64,000 nt of DNA. It comes from an uncultured delta proteobacterium. GTDB lineage: Bacteria > Desulfobacterota > Binatia > DP-6. The stretch lies in contig CAWFFN010000005.1 of assembly GCA_963815115.1 (NCBI GenBank), forward strand, positions 992,001 through 1,056,000, written 5' to 3'. The notes beneath the pieces are model-generated. The model had not been told where the DNA came from, ran no database searches, and saw nothing but the letters and a program-made list of their open reading frames with translations. The translations under genes were made by a program, and so were the position numbers. Shown in pieces: positions 20,102-32,124 of this stretch. Position 1 is the first letter of the stretch, and each line of letters opens with the position of its first letter.

Positions 20102-21580
20102 ATGGCGCCGATCAGGGTCCGTGACCACGGTCTGATTGCCCTCTTGCCGCTGCTCTCCGTTCTGGGGATGTCCGCGCCGGTCGCCGCAGCCTCGCGACCG
20201 AACATCGTGTTCATCCTTGCCGACGACCAGCGCTGGGACACCATCGACAAGACGCACTCCGTCGACGGCAAGACGCCGGTGATGCAGAACGTGACGACGC
20301 TGCTCGTCAAGAAGGGCGTGCTCTTCCAGAACCACTTCGTCACCACCGCGCTGTGCGCCCCGAGCCGCTCGAGCATCCTCGCGGGCAAGTACGCTCACAC
20401 CACGGGCGTCCACTCGAACGGCGGGAGCGACGGCGGCGTGCAGGCGTTCGACGACTCGTCCACCGTGGCGGTCTGGCTGAAGGCCGCCGGCTATCGCACC
20501 GGTCTCTTCGGGAAGTACCTCAACGGCTACAACAAGATCGCGCCGTACCAGCCACCGGGGTGGGACGAGTGGCACGCCTTCAAGGCGCCCGGCTACTTCG
20601 GCTACCACCTCATCGAGAACGGCGTCGACGTACCGTACGGATCGGCCGAGACCGACTATTCCGCCGACGTGCTGCGCGACAAGGTCGTCGACTTCATCAC
20701 CACGGCGCGACAGCCGTTCTTCGTCGAGTTCACGCCCTACAATCCCCATGGGCCCGCGACGCCGGCGCCGCGCCACGTCGGCTCGTTCTCGGGCGTCCCG
20801 CCGTGGCGCCCGCCGAACTACGCGGAGCCCGACGCAACCGACAAGCCTGCATGGGTGCAGGCGATCACGTGGACGCAGCAGGACCAGCAGAGCACCGACA
20901 CCTTCCGCCAGAAGCAGCTCGAGTGCCTGCAGTCGGTGGACGAGGCGGTCGCGGCCATCGTGCAAGCGCTGGCGGCGCGCGGCGTGCTGGACAACACCCT
21001 CATCGTCTACTCGGCCGACAACGGCTACTCCTGGGGCTCGCATCGCTGGAAACCCAAGCAGTGCGAGTACGAGGAATGCATGCGCGACCCGCTGATCATC
21101 CGCTACGCACCGCTGGTGACGAAGGCGCGCAAGGAGAAGCGGATCACGCTCAACATCGACTTCGCCCAGACGTTCGCCGAGCTCGCCGGCGCGACGCCCG
21201 ATCCCGGGGTCGAGGGAGCGAGTCTCGTCCCCCTCCTCCGGAACAATGCGACCACCTGGCGCAGCGATCTTCTGAACGAGCACTGGGACGGGAACATCCC
21301 CGACTACGCCCAGGTGCGCGGCCTGTTCGCGAAGCCCGGGAAACCGGCCCACACCTGGAAGTACGCCGAGCTGGCGAGCGACGAGAAGGAGCTCTACAAC
21401 GAGGACACGGACTCCTTCGAGCTCGGCAACGTCGCCGGCAACTCGGGAAACGCCGCGTTGATCGCCATCATGGCGGCGCGCCTGCGCGCGCTCGATCCGG
21501 GCTGGCCGGAGACGGCGGTCTCGCGCGCGGACAACCCGGTCGGTGGCGGATCCGACCCCGACGATGGCGAGTTCGAGTAG
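20102..21580 (+). CDS. Secreted formylglycine-dependent sulfatase
   Basis: Signal peptide, PNIVFILADD, CAPSRSSILAG, GYRTGLFGKYLN, ADNG. Confidence 0.92.
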   Translation: MAPIRVRDHGLIALLPLLSVLGMSAPVAAASRPNIVFILADDQRWDTIDKTHSVDGKTPVMQNVTTLLVKKGVLFQNHFVTTALCAPSRSSILAGKYAHTTGVHSNGGSDGGVQAFDDSSTVAVWLKAAGYRTGLFGKYLNGYNKIAPYQPPGWDEWHAFKAPGYFGYHLIENGVDVPYGSAETDYSADVLRDKVVDFITTARQPFFVEFTPYNPHGPATPAPRHVGSFSGVPPWRPPNYAEPDATDKPAWVQAITWTQQDQQSTDTFRQKQLECLQSVDEAVAAIVQALAARGVLDNTLIVYSADNGYSWGSHRWKPKQCEYEECMRDPLIIRYAPLVTKARKEKRITLNIDFAQTFAELAGATPDPGVEGASLVPLLRNNATTWRSDLLNEHWDGNIPDYAQVRGLFAKPGKPAHTWKYAELASDEKELYNEDTDSFELGNVAGNSGNAALIAIMAARLRALDPGWPETAVSRADNPVGGGSDPDDGEFE

Positions 21581-21613
21581 CGCCGTCCCGTCGTCGCGAC
21601 CGGGGAGGATCGA

Positions 21614-22378
21614 TTGAGGAAGCGCACCCCGCGGGTGCTGCTCTACTACTGGCCCACGATCCAGGGGCGCGGCGAGTTCGTTCGCCTGCTTCTGGAGGAG
21701 GCGGGCGCGGACTACGTCGACGTCGCCCGCCGGAAGGGCGGCATGGCGGCGATGTCTCGCTTGATGGAGGGCGAGGAACGCGGCGCCCTGCCGTACGCGC
21801 CGCCGTTCGTGCGCGTGGGCGACGTGGTGGTCTCGCAGACCGCCAACATCGTCGCCTTCCTCGCGCCGCGCTTCGGCCTCGTTCCCCGCGACGAGGCGCT
21901 GCGCGCCGAGGCGAGCCAGATCCAGCTCACCATCGCCGACCTGGTCGCGGAGGCGCACGACACCCACCACCCGATCTCCGGCGCGCTGTACTACGAGGAC
22001 CAGAAGCGCGAGGCGAAGCGTCGGGCGAAGGACTTCGTCGAGGAGCGCATCCCGAGATATCTCGGCTGGCTCGAGCGGGTTCTCGCACGCAACCAGCAGA
22101 GCGCCGGGCGCTGGCTGGTGGGCAGGAATCGTACGTACGTCGACCTGTCGGCGTTTCAGATCGTGGAGGGGCTGCGCTACGCGTTTCCGAACGCCATGGT
22201 CCGCCACGAGGCCGAGATCCCGCGCCTCGTCGCCCTGCGCGATCGAGTGGCGGCGCGGCCGCGGATCGCGGCATACCTGCGCTCGAAGCGGCGCATCCCG
22301 TTCAACCAGCAGGGCATCTTCCGGCGCTATCCCGAGCTGGACGAGCCCGCCCCGAGGCGGGCCGGGCGGCGGCGGTAG
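21614..22378 (+). CDS. Glutathione S-transferase
   Basis: LYYWPTIQGRGEFVRL, APPF, SQTANI, TYVDLS, GIFRRYPELD. Confidence 0.88.
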   Translation: MRKRTPRVLLYYWPTIQGRGEFVRLLLEEAGADYVDVARRKGGMAAMSRLMEGEERGALPYAPPFVRVGDVVVSQTANIVAFLAPRFGLVPRDEALRAEASQIQLTIADLVAEAHDTHHPISGALYYEDQKREAKRRAKDFVEERIPRYLGWLERVLARNQQSAGRWLVGRNRTYVDLSAFQIVEGLRYAFPNAMVRHEAEIPRLVALRDRVAARPRIAAYLRSKRRIPFNQQGIFRRYPELDEPAPRRAGRRR

Positions 22379-22477
22379 AACCGGCGGAGACTCCCCGGCG
22401 CGGACACGCCCGCACGTTCGCCTTGTCGCGGCGGACTGCTAAGATGTCGCGGCTCGACGAGGTGGAAGGGGAGGACG

Positions 22478-24763
<2,286 letters not shown>

Positions 24764-24766
24764 GGG

Positions 24767-26677
24767 ATGGCGGCAAGCTACACCGCGAAGGACATCCTGG
24801 TGCTCGAGGGCCTCGAGCCCGTGCGGCGCCGTCCGGGCATGTACATCGGCGGCGTCGATGGGTCGGGATTGCACCATCTCCTGTGGGAGATCGTCGACAA
24901 CTCGGTCGACGAGGCCATGAACGGCCACGCCGATCGCATCACGGTGGTGCTCCACAAGGACGGCGCGTCGGCCACCGTCACCGACAACGGCCGCGGCATC
25001 CCGGTCGACCGCCACACCCAGTACAAGAAGCCCGCGCTCGAGCTGATCCTCACCACGCTGCACGCGGGTGGCAAGTTCGAAGCCAAGAGCTACTACCACT
25101 CCGGCGGGCTGCACGGCGTGGGGGCGTCGGTGGTGAACGCGCTCAGCGAGAAGCTGGTGGCGCACGTGAAGCGCGACGGTGCGGAGTGGGAGCAGGCGTT
25201 CGTCCGCGGCAAGCCGGCCGGTCCGCTCAAGAAGGTCGGCGCCGCGCGCGGGAGCGGCACCAGCATCTTCTTCAAGCCCGACGGACAGATCTTTCCGAGC
25301 ACCCGCTTCGACCCGACGCTGATCCGGGAGCGCCTCGAGGCCAAGGCCTACCTGCACGGAGGTCTCACCATCGAGCTGCGCGACGACGCCGCCGGTACCT
25401 CGGCTTCGTTTCACTACGAGGACGGGCTGCGGGCGTATCTCGAGAAGCTGGTTCGTGAGTCGGGTGGTGCGCCGCTGGCAGGGGAACTCGTCACCATCCA
25501 GAAGGAGCAGGACGGCCTCCATCTCGAGTGCGCCCTGGCCTGGACGGAGGACACGAGCGAGCGGGTGCAGTCCTTCGTGAACGGCATCCCCACCACCGCC
25601 GGCGGCGCGCACGAGAACGGCCTGCGCGCCGGGCTCGTGAAGGCCGTCCGGAACTACCTGACCACCCACAACCTCGTCCCGCGCGGGCTCACGATCGCGG
25701 CCGAGGACGCCCGCGAGGGGCTGGTGGCGCTGCTGTCGATCAAGATCGCGCAGCCGCAGTTCCAGGGCCAGACCAAGGAGCGCCTGAACAACGCCGAGGT
25801 CACGCCGCTCATCGACGGCATCGTGCGCACCGCGCTCGAGAACGCCCTCAACGCCAACCGGACGGTGGGCGATACCATCGCCGGCCGCGTGATCCTGGCG
25901 GCGAAGGCCCGCAGCGCATCGCGCGCGGCGGCCCAGCAGGTGCAGCGCAAGAGCGCCGTGTCCCACCGCCTGAACCTGCCCGGCAAGCTGGCCGATTGCA
26001 GCTCGACCGACCCCGCCGAATGCGAGCTCTTCCTGGTGGAGGGCGACTCGGCAGGCGGCTCGGCGAAGCAAGGCCGCGACCGTGCCTTCCAGGCCATCCT
26101 GCCGCTGCGCGGGAAGGTGCTCAACACCGAGCAGGCGTCGACGGCCAAGGTGCTCGGCAACAAGGAGCTGTCCGACCTCGTCTCGGCGCTGGGATGCAGC
26201 GCGGGCAAGGACTTCGACGCCGGCAAGCTGCGCTACCACAAGATCTGCCTGCTCATGGACGCCGACTCCGACGGCAACCACATCTGCACGCTGCTCCTCA
26301 CCTTCTTCTATCGCCACCTGCCCGACCTGATCCGCCAGGGGTACGTCTACATCGCGCAGCCCCCGCTCTATCGCATCGACGCCGGCAAGCAGGTTCTGTG
26401 GGCGCGCGACGACGCGGAGCGGGACCGGCTGCTCGCGGGTTTGAATGGACGGCGGGATCGGGTACAGGTGCAGCGCTTCAAGGGACTCGGCGAGATGAAC
26501 CCCTCCACGCTGAAGGAGACCACGCTCGACCCCGCGCGCCGTGCGTTGCTTCGCGTGCGCATCGCCGATCCCGCGGCCACCGAGCAGGCCATCCAGACGC
26601 TCATGGGGCGTGACGTGGCGCCGCGTTTCGAGTTCATCATGGAGCGTGCGCCGCGCGTGGACGAGGTCGACGTGTGA
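24767..26677 (+). CDS. parE: Type IIA topoisomerase B subunit, Topo IV (ParE)-like
   Basis: LEPVRRRPGMYIG, EIVDNSVDE, GGLHGVG, VEGDSAGGSAKQ, PLRGK, DADSDG, RFKGLGEMN; 636 aa. Confidence 0.8.
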   Translation: MAASYTAKDILVLEGLEPVRRRPGMYIGGVDGSGLHHLLWEIVDNSVDEAMNGHADRITVVLHKDGASATVTDNGRGIPVDRHTQYKKPALELILTTLHAGGKFEAKSYYHSGGLHGVGASVVNALSEKLVAHVKRDGAEWEQAFVRGKPAGPLKKVGAARGSGTSIFFKPDGQIFPSTRFDPTLIRERLEAKAYLHGGLTIELRDDAAGTSASFHYEDGLRAYLEKLVRESGGAPLAGELVTIQKEQDGLHLECALAWTEDTSERVQSFVNGIPTTAGGAHENGLRAGLVKAVRNYLTTHNLVPRGLTIAAEDAREGLVALLSIKIAQPQFQGQTKERLNNAEVTPLIDGIVRTALENALNANRTVGDTIAGRVILAAKARSASRAAAQQVQRKSAVSHRLNLPGKLADCSSTDPAECELFLVEGDSAGGSAKQGRDRAFQAILPLRGKVLNTEQASTAKVLGNKELSDLVSALGCSAGKDFDAGKLRYHKICLLMDADSDGNHICTLLLTFFYRHLPDLIRQGYVYIAQPPLYRIDAGKQVLWARDDAERDRLLAGLNGRRDRVQVQRFKGLGEMNPSTLKETTLDPARRALLRVRIADPAATEQAIQTLMGRDVAPRFEFIMERAPRVDEVDV

Positions 26678-27912
26678 AGAGAGCCGTGATCACGGGGTTG
26701 GGCGGTGTCACGCCGATCGGCATCGGGGTGGACGCCATCTGGGACAGCGCCGCCGCGGGTCGCTCGGGCATCGGCCCGATCACGCTCTTCGACGTCTCGC
26801 GCCAGAAGTGCCGCATCGGGGGCGAGGTGCGCGGGTTCGACCCGGCGCGCTGGATGCCGGCCAAGCACCTGAAGCGCATGGACGATTTCGCTCGCTACGC
26901 CGTGGCGGCGGCCGTGATGGCGGTCGACGATGCGAAGCTGCCGATCGGCGTCGAGAACAGCCAGCGCATCGGGGTCATGCTCGGCAACAACAACGGCGGC
27001 GCGCGCACCATCTTCAAGACCGTCACGCAGTTCAACGCGGAGGGGCCCGATGCGGTGTCGCCGTTCTACATCACGGCCATCACGACGAGCCTCGGAGCGG
27101 GGCAGGTGGCGATCCGGCTCGGCGTCCGCGGCCCGAACTTCACCATCGGCAACGCCTGCGCGTCGGGCCTCAACGGCGTCGGCGAGGCCTGGCGCCTGGT
27201 GCGCGAGGGCAGCTGCGACGCCGTGCTCGCCGGCGGCACCGATGCGCTCATCGATCCCACCGAGATCGCCGGCTTCTCGAACTCGCGTGCGGTCTCCCTG
27301 CGCAACGACGAGCCCGCGCGGGCGAGTCGGCCATTCGACCGCGATCGGGACGGCTTCGTCCTGTCGGACGGCTCCGCGATGCTGGTCGTGGAAGAGCTCG
27401 AGCACGCGCGCGCGCGCGGCGCCCGCATCTACGCGGAGATCCTCGGCTACGCGACGGGCAGCGAGGCGTTTCACATCGCCGCGCCCCTGCCGGACGGGAT
27501 CGGCGCGGCGGCGACGATGCAGGGGGCCATGGCGAGCGCCGGCGTGCGGCCGGAGGAGATCGACTACGTGAACGCGCACGCGACGTCGACGCCGCTCGGC
27601 GACGTCAACGAGACCCAGGGCATCAAGCTGGCCCTCGGCGATCATGCCAGACGGGTGCCCGTGAGCGCCACGAAGTCGATGACCGGTCACCTGATCGGCG
27701 CCTCGGGAGCCCTGGAGGCGCTCATCGTCGCCAAGACGCTCGCGACCGGCATCGTCACGCCGACGATCAACCTGGACCACCCCGACCCGGAGTGCGACCT
27801 CGACTACGTGCCGCACGAGGCACGGCGCGCCGATGTCCGTACCGCGATCACCAACTCCTTCGGGTTCGGTGGGGCGAACGCGTCGCTGATCATGCGACGC
27901 TGGGAAGGCTGA
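26674..27912 (+). CDS. fabF: Beta-ketoacyl-ACP synthase II-like (divergent)
   Basis: NACASG, NAHATST, KSMTGHLIGA, NSFGFGG; Cys-His-His triad present. Confidence 0.8.
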   Translation: MKRAVITGLGGVTPIGIGVDAIWDSAAAGRSGIGPITLFDVSRQKCRIGGEVRGFDPARWMPAKHLKRMDDFARYAVAAAVMAVDDAKLPIGVENSQRIGVMLGNNNGGARTIFKTVTQFNAEGPDAVSPFYITAITTSLGAGQVAIRLGVRGPNFTIGNACASGLNGVGEAWRLVREGSCDAVLAGGTDALIDPTEIAGFSNSRAVSLRNDEPARASRPFDRDRDGFVLSDGSAMLVVEELEHARARGARIYAEILGYATGSEAFHIAAPLPDGIGAAATMQGAMASAGVRPEEIDYVNAHATSTPLGDVNETQGIKLALGDHARRVPVSATKSMTGHLIGASGALEALIVAKTLATGIVTPTINLDHPDPECDLDYVPHEARRADVRTAITNSFGFGGANASLIMRRWEG

Positions 27913-27957
27913 GCCGCCGGCGCCCCGCGCCGCGTCCCGCTCCTTCGACCGGACCTC

Positions 27958-29130
27958 GTGGACCGCCGCCTTCTCGTCATCGTCCTCACGCTCGTCGTCA
28001 ACCTGATCGGGTTCGGGATCATGATCCCGCTCCTGCCGCTGTACGTGAAGTCGTTCGGCGCGTCGGAGCAGGTGATCGGGCTGGTGATCGCGACCTTCTC
28101 GCTGTGTCAGCTGATCGCCTCCCCGGCGCTCGGGGCGCTGTCGGATCGCTGGGGCCGGCGGCCGATCCTCGTGCTCAGCCTGGTCGGAACGGTCGCGAGC
28201 TTCGTCATGCTGGCGCTGGCGCGCAGCGTCCCGATGCTGTTCGCGGCGCGCCTCGTCGACGGACTGTCGGGCGGGAACATCTCGACCGCGCGCGCCTACA
28301 TCGCCGACATCACGACCGAGGACGAGCGCGCGAAGGCCTACGGGCTGATCGGGGCGGCGTTCGGGGTGGGGTTCGTGCTCGGGCCGGCGCTGGGGGGTGC
28401 GCTCGGACACGTGAGCTACACGGCGCCGATCTGGGCCGCGGCGGCTCTGACGCTGGTGGCGACCGTGCTCGCCTGGGCATGGCTGCCCGAGACGGTCCAC
28501 CGTGGTGCAGCGAATCCGAGCCCGCTGCTCGCCGGGCTGCGCGCCGCGTTCGGCCGTCGTACCCTGCGGCCGCTCCTGATCGTCGATCTCGCGTACTGGA
28601 CCGCGACGGCCGTGTTCCAGGGCACGTTCGCGCTCGTCTCGGCGCATCGCTTCGGCTTCGGCGTATCGCACGTGGGATACGTCCTGGCAGTGTTCGGGGT
28701 CCTGGGCGTCGTCGTGCAGGTGGGACTGGTGGGCCGCGTGGTCGCCGCACTCGGCGAGCGCCGGACGTTCGCGCTGGGTCTGCTGGCCTCGGTGGTGGGC
28801 CTCGGAGGCGCCGCCGCCTCGTCCGGGCTGATGCCCTTCCTCGTCCTCCTCGTCCCCCTCGCCGTGGGCTCGGCGCTGTGCACGCCTGCCCTCTCGGCCC
28901 TGATCAGCCGTCGGGCCGGAGCGGAGGAGCAAGGGACGGTGCAGGGGGCCGCCTCGGCGCTGGAGAGCCTGGGGCGCACGGTCGGGCCGATCTGGGGAAC
29001 CGCGGTGATGCAACGCCTCGGCGACGGGGCGGCATTCGGCCTGGGCGCGTTCCTGCTCGCGGGCACCACGCTCCTGGTCGTCGCCGGCACGAGCGACGCC
29101 GGCACGGAAACGCCGCGCGCCGCGGCCTGA
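27958..29130 (+). CDS. MFS transporter, TetA/DHA1-like
   Basis: GALSDRWGRRP motif A, GFVLGPALGG motif C, about 12 TM. Confidence 0.88.
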   Translation: MDRRLLVIVLTLVVNLIGFGIMIPLLPLYVKSFGASEQVIGLVIATFSLCQLIASPALGALSDRWGRRPILVLSLVGTVASFVMLALARSVPMLFAARLVDGLSGGNISTARAYIADITTEDERAKAYGLIGAAFGVGFVLGPALGGALGHVSYTAPIWAAAALTLVATVLAWAWLPETVHRGAANPSPLLAGLRAAFGRRTLRPLLIVDLAYWTATAVFQGTFALVSAHRFGFGVSHVGYVLAVFGVLGVVVQVGLVGRVVAALGERRTFALGLLASVVGLGGAAASSGLMPFLVLLVPLAVGSALCTPALSALISRRAGAEEQGTVQGAASALESLGRTVGPIWGTAVMQRLGDGAAFGLGAFLLAGTTLLVVAGTSDAGTETPRAAA

Positions 29131-29395
29131 GCGGCCGGCCCTTTTTCCTGCCGCGGCGGCTTCGCCGCCGGTGCGAGGGGGCGAGCGCCCGGCGAGAAGC
29201 CCGCCGGCTCGACATCAACGGTCAAGCTTGTGTCCGTGGATGCTGACCTGACATCCAGCGTCACCCCTAGCGGCATCGGCAACAAAGCCCTAGCAAAAAT
29301 TGATTGACAGACACGCTTCCCATCAGGTACGGCGCACGCACACATCGACATGCCGACAGATGCGGTCGCCGGGGGCGCCGCGAAAGGGAGGGACC

Positions 29396-32008
29396 ATGAG
29401 GGAGCGACGAGATGCGTGCACACGCCCGGGCGGGCTGCACGTGCCAGGGCGCCTTGCCGTAGCCGTCCTCGCGGCAGCGCTGGTCTTCACCGGACCGGCC
29501 CGCCGGGCCTTTGCCGGGACCGGCTGCCTGATCAACGAGAATCCGCCGGCGCACGGCGCCACGGCCACGGGCAGCATCGTGCCGATGGTGGGCTTCACGT
29601 GCCCGCCGGCCGGGCCGGTGGACGGCGGCGGTCACTTCTACGCCGGCACGTTCAACATCACCGTCGACGGCGATCCCACCCTGGGCTACTGCATCGACAT
29701 CACGCACCCCATCAGCAACGGGCAGTGCGAGCCGCAGGCGCAGTTTCCCGATCTTCCCTGCGAAGCGGTGTGGATCCTGAACAACTACTACCCCAAGGTC
29801 GCCAGCCCGCCGGGAGCCCTGGCGAGCCCGGGGGACGAGGCCGCCGCGACCCAGATCGCGATCTGGCACTTCACCGATTGCTTCACCGCCGAGCCGGACA
29901 CCGACTCGGACATCCTCGACCGCGCCGACCAGATCATCGCCGACGCGGCCAACCATCACAGCTGCGTGGCGCCGACGGCGCCCCAGAACATCACCATCAC
30001 GCCGCCGAGCGCGACCAACGTCCTGCCGCAGGACCCGCAGCACTGCGCCACCGCCCACGTCGCGGACACGAACGGCGACCCCGTCGCCGGGATCGAAGTG
30101 GTCGTCACGGTCGCCAACGGTCCCTCGGGCTCGGTCGGGCCGATCACCGGGACGACGGACCAGAACGGCGACTTCCCCTTCTGCTACAGCAACGCGAACC
30201 TGCTTGCCGGCGGCCCGGACCACATCACGGCGACCGCGCACTACACCGTGTCGACGGGCATCGCGTTCAAGCAGCAGGGCATCCAGGGCATCGTGATCGC
30301 CGGGCAGGACGCCGACGCGGCCGCCACCGGCACGGCGGTCAAGAACTGGGTCACCAACCAGTGCGGCGACGGCAGCGTCAACCAGGTGACCGAGCAGTGT
30401 GACGACGGCAACCAGGTCAACGGGGACGGGTGCGACAACAACTGTACCCCCTCCACGTGCGGCAACGGCATCGTCGCCGGGAACGAGCAGTGTGACGACG
30501 GCAACACGATCGACGGCGACGGCTGCGATTCGAACTGCACGCCGACCGCATGCGGCAACGGCGTCGTCACCGGCATCGAGCAGTGCGACGACGGCAACCA
30601 GGTCGACGGCGACGGCTGCGACCACAACTGCCAGCCGACCGGGTGCGGCAACGGCGTCGTGACGCCCCCCGAGCAGTGCGACGACGGCAACGCCGTCGAG
30701 GGCGACGGCTGCGACACCAACTGCACCACCTCGGGCTGCGGGAACGGCATCGTCGCCGGGAACGAGCAGTGTGACGACGGCAACCAGATCAACGACGACG
30801 GGTGCGACAACGACTGCCGGCCGCCGCGCTGCGGCAACGGCATCGTCGACGCTTCGCACGGCGAGACCTGCGACGACGGGAACGCCGTCAACGGCGACGG
30901 CTGCGACTCGAACTGCACGCCGACGGGCTGTGGCAACGGCATCCCGACGCCGCCCGAGCAGTGTGACGACGGCAACCAGGTCAACAACGACGGCTGCGAC
31001 ACCAACTGCACCTTCCCGGGCTGCGGAAACCACATCGTGAACCCGCCGCTCGAGCAATGTGACGACGGTAATCACAACAACGACGATGGCTGCGAGAACG
31101 ACTGTACGCTGCCGAAGTGTGGCAACGGCATCGTCGATGCGTCGCACGGCGAGCAGTGCGACGACGGCAACCAGGTCAACGGCGACGGGTGCGACGACAA
31201 TTGCACCACGAGCGTCTGCGGCAACGGCATCGTCGCCGGCAGCGAGGAGTGCGACGACGGCAACCAGACCAACGGCGATGGCTGCGACACCAACTGCAAG
31301 ACCACCCGGTGCGGCAACGGCGTGGTCAGCGGGACCGAGCAGTGCGACGACGGCAACAACGCGAATGCGGATGGCTGCGAGGCCGACTGCACGCTGCCGC
31401 GGTGCGGCAACGGCGTCGTCGATCAGGCGCAGGGCGAGCAGTGCGACGACGGCAACACCGCCGACGGCGACGGCTGCTCACACGACTGCAAGCTCCAGGA
31501 GATCTGCACCGACCTGATCGACAACGACGGCGACGGGCTGGTCGACTGCGACGACGTGCTCGATTGTCACTGCCAGGTCTTCGGCAAGGACCCGGCATCG
31601 ATCGTGTTCGTCCCGAACAAGCCCGGTCTGGACAAGTTCAAGGTCCACGGGCGCATGACGCTGGCAAACGCCAGCGCGATGTTCTCTTCGAAGTTCGGCG
31701 TCCTGCTGACCAACGCCAACGGGACCATCTTCCGCGGCGTGCTCGACGCCGGACAGCTGGTGAAGAAGGGCAGCGGCGCGCTCTTCAAGAACAAGACCGC
31801 CAACCACACCGGCGGCCTCTACAAGGTCCAGATCAAGAGCAAGCTGGGCTACGTGAGGATCCAGATCCAGTCCTACTCCGATCTCGGCCTGGCGACGGTG
31901 CCGCTCATGGGCGTGCAGGTGCTCCTCGCCGGAGAGGAGGCCTACTACAAGGCCTCGTGGCAGAAGCGGCCGAACGGCTGGAGGCTCCAGCTCCCGCCGA
32001 ATTCCTAG
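29396..32008 (+). CDS. Secreted protein: thioester (TED/TQXA) domain, 12 Myxococcus-type Cys-rich repeats, basic C-terminal domain
   Basis: RBS GGGAGGG, signal peptide, YCID and TQIAIW motifs, CGNG..EQCDDGN..DGC..C repeats, DNDGDGLVDC motif. Confidence 0.82.
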   Translation: MRERRDACTRPGGLHVPGRLAVAVLAAALVFTGPARRAFAGTGCLINENPPAHGATATGSIVPMVGFTCPPAGPVDGGGHFYAGTFNITVDGDPTLGYCIDITHPISNGQCEPQAQFPDLPCEAVWILNNYYPKVASPPGALASPGDEAAATQIAIWHFTDCFTAEPDTDSDILDRADQIIADAANHHSCVAPTAPQNITITPPSATNVLPQDPQHCATAHVADTNGDPVAGIEVVVTVANGPSGSVGPITGTTDQNGDFPFCYSNANLLAGGPDHITATAHYTVSTGIAFKQQGIQGIVIAGQDADAAATGTAVKNWVTNQCGDGSVNQVTEQCDDGNQVNGDGCDNNCTPSTCGNGIVAGNEQCDDGNTIDGDGCDSNCTPTACGNGVVTGIEQCDDGNQVDGDGCDHNCQPTGCGNGVVTPPEQCDDGNAVEGDGCDTNCTTSGCGNGIVAGNEQCDDGNQINDDGCDNDCRPPRCGNGIVDASHGETCDDGNAVNGDGCDSNCTPTGCGNGIPTPPEQCDDGNQVNNDGCDTNCTFPGCGNHIVNPPLEQCDDGNHNNDDGCENDCTLPKCGNGIVDASHGEQCDDGNQVNGDGCDDNCTTSVCGNGIVAGSEECDDGNQTNGDGCDTNCKTTRCGNGVVSGTEQCDDGNNANADGCEADCTLPRCGNGVVDQAQGEQCDDGNTADGDGCSHDCKLQEICTDLIDNDGDGLVDCDDVLDCHCQVFGKDPASIVFVPNKPGLDKFKVHGRMTLANASAMFSSKFGVLLTNANGTIFRGVLDAGQLVKKGSGALFKNKTANHTGGLYKVQIKSKLGYVRIQIQSYSDLGLATVPLMGVQVLLAGEEAYYKASWQKRPNGWRLQLPPNS
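30362..31497 (+). repeat. 12 tandem Cys-rich repeats of about 31-33 aa (about 93-99 bp), DUF4215-like
   Basis: Counted from the translation; DNA unit tgcggcaacggc...gagcagtgcgacgacggcaac. Confidence 0.92.
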
Positions 32009-32016
32009 CCTGACGA

Positions 32017-32093
32017 CGGGTGGGGCGGCGCATGCGCTGCCCCACCCGGAGTGTACCCTCGGGGCGGGGCGGCGACGGTCGTCCCGCCCCGAG
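32017..32093. terminator. Two adjacent GC-rich hairpins between convergent genes
   Basis: CGGGTGGGGC/GCCCCACCCG (32017-32048) and CTCGGGGCGGG/CCCGCCCCGAG (32058-32093); no U tracts. Confidence 0.55.
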
Positions 32094-32124
32094 CACGTTC
32101 GATCGCCGCGCCGCCCGCGAGCAG

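Noticed and set aside
30362-31497. Regularly spaced DNA repeats resembling a CRISPR array
   Set aside because: Repeats are in-frame, degenerate at third codon positions and encode Cys-rich protein repeats; no cas genes are present.
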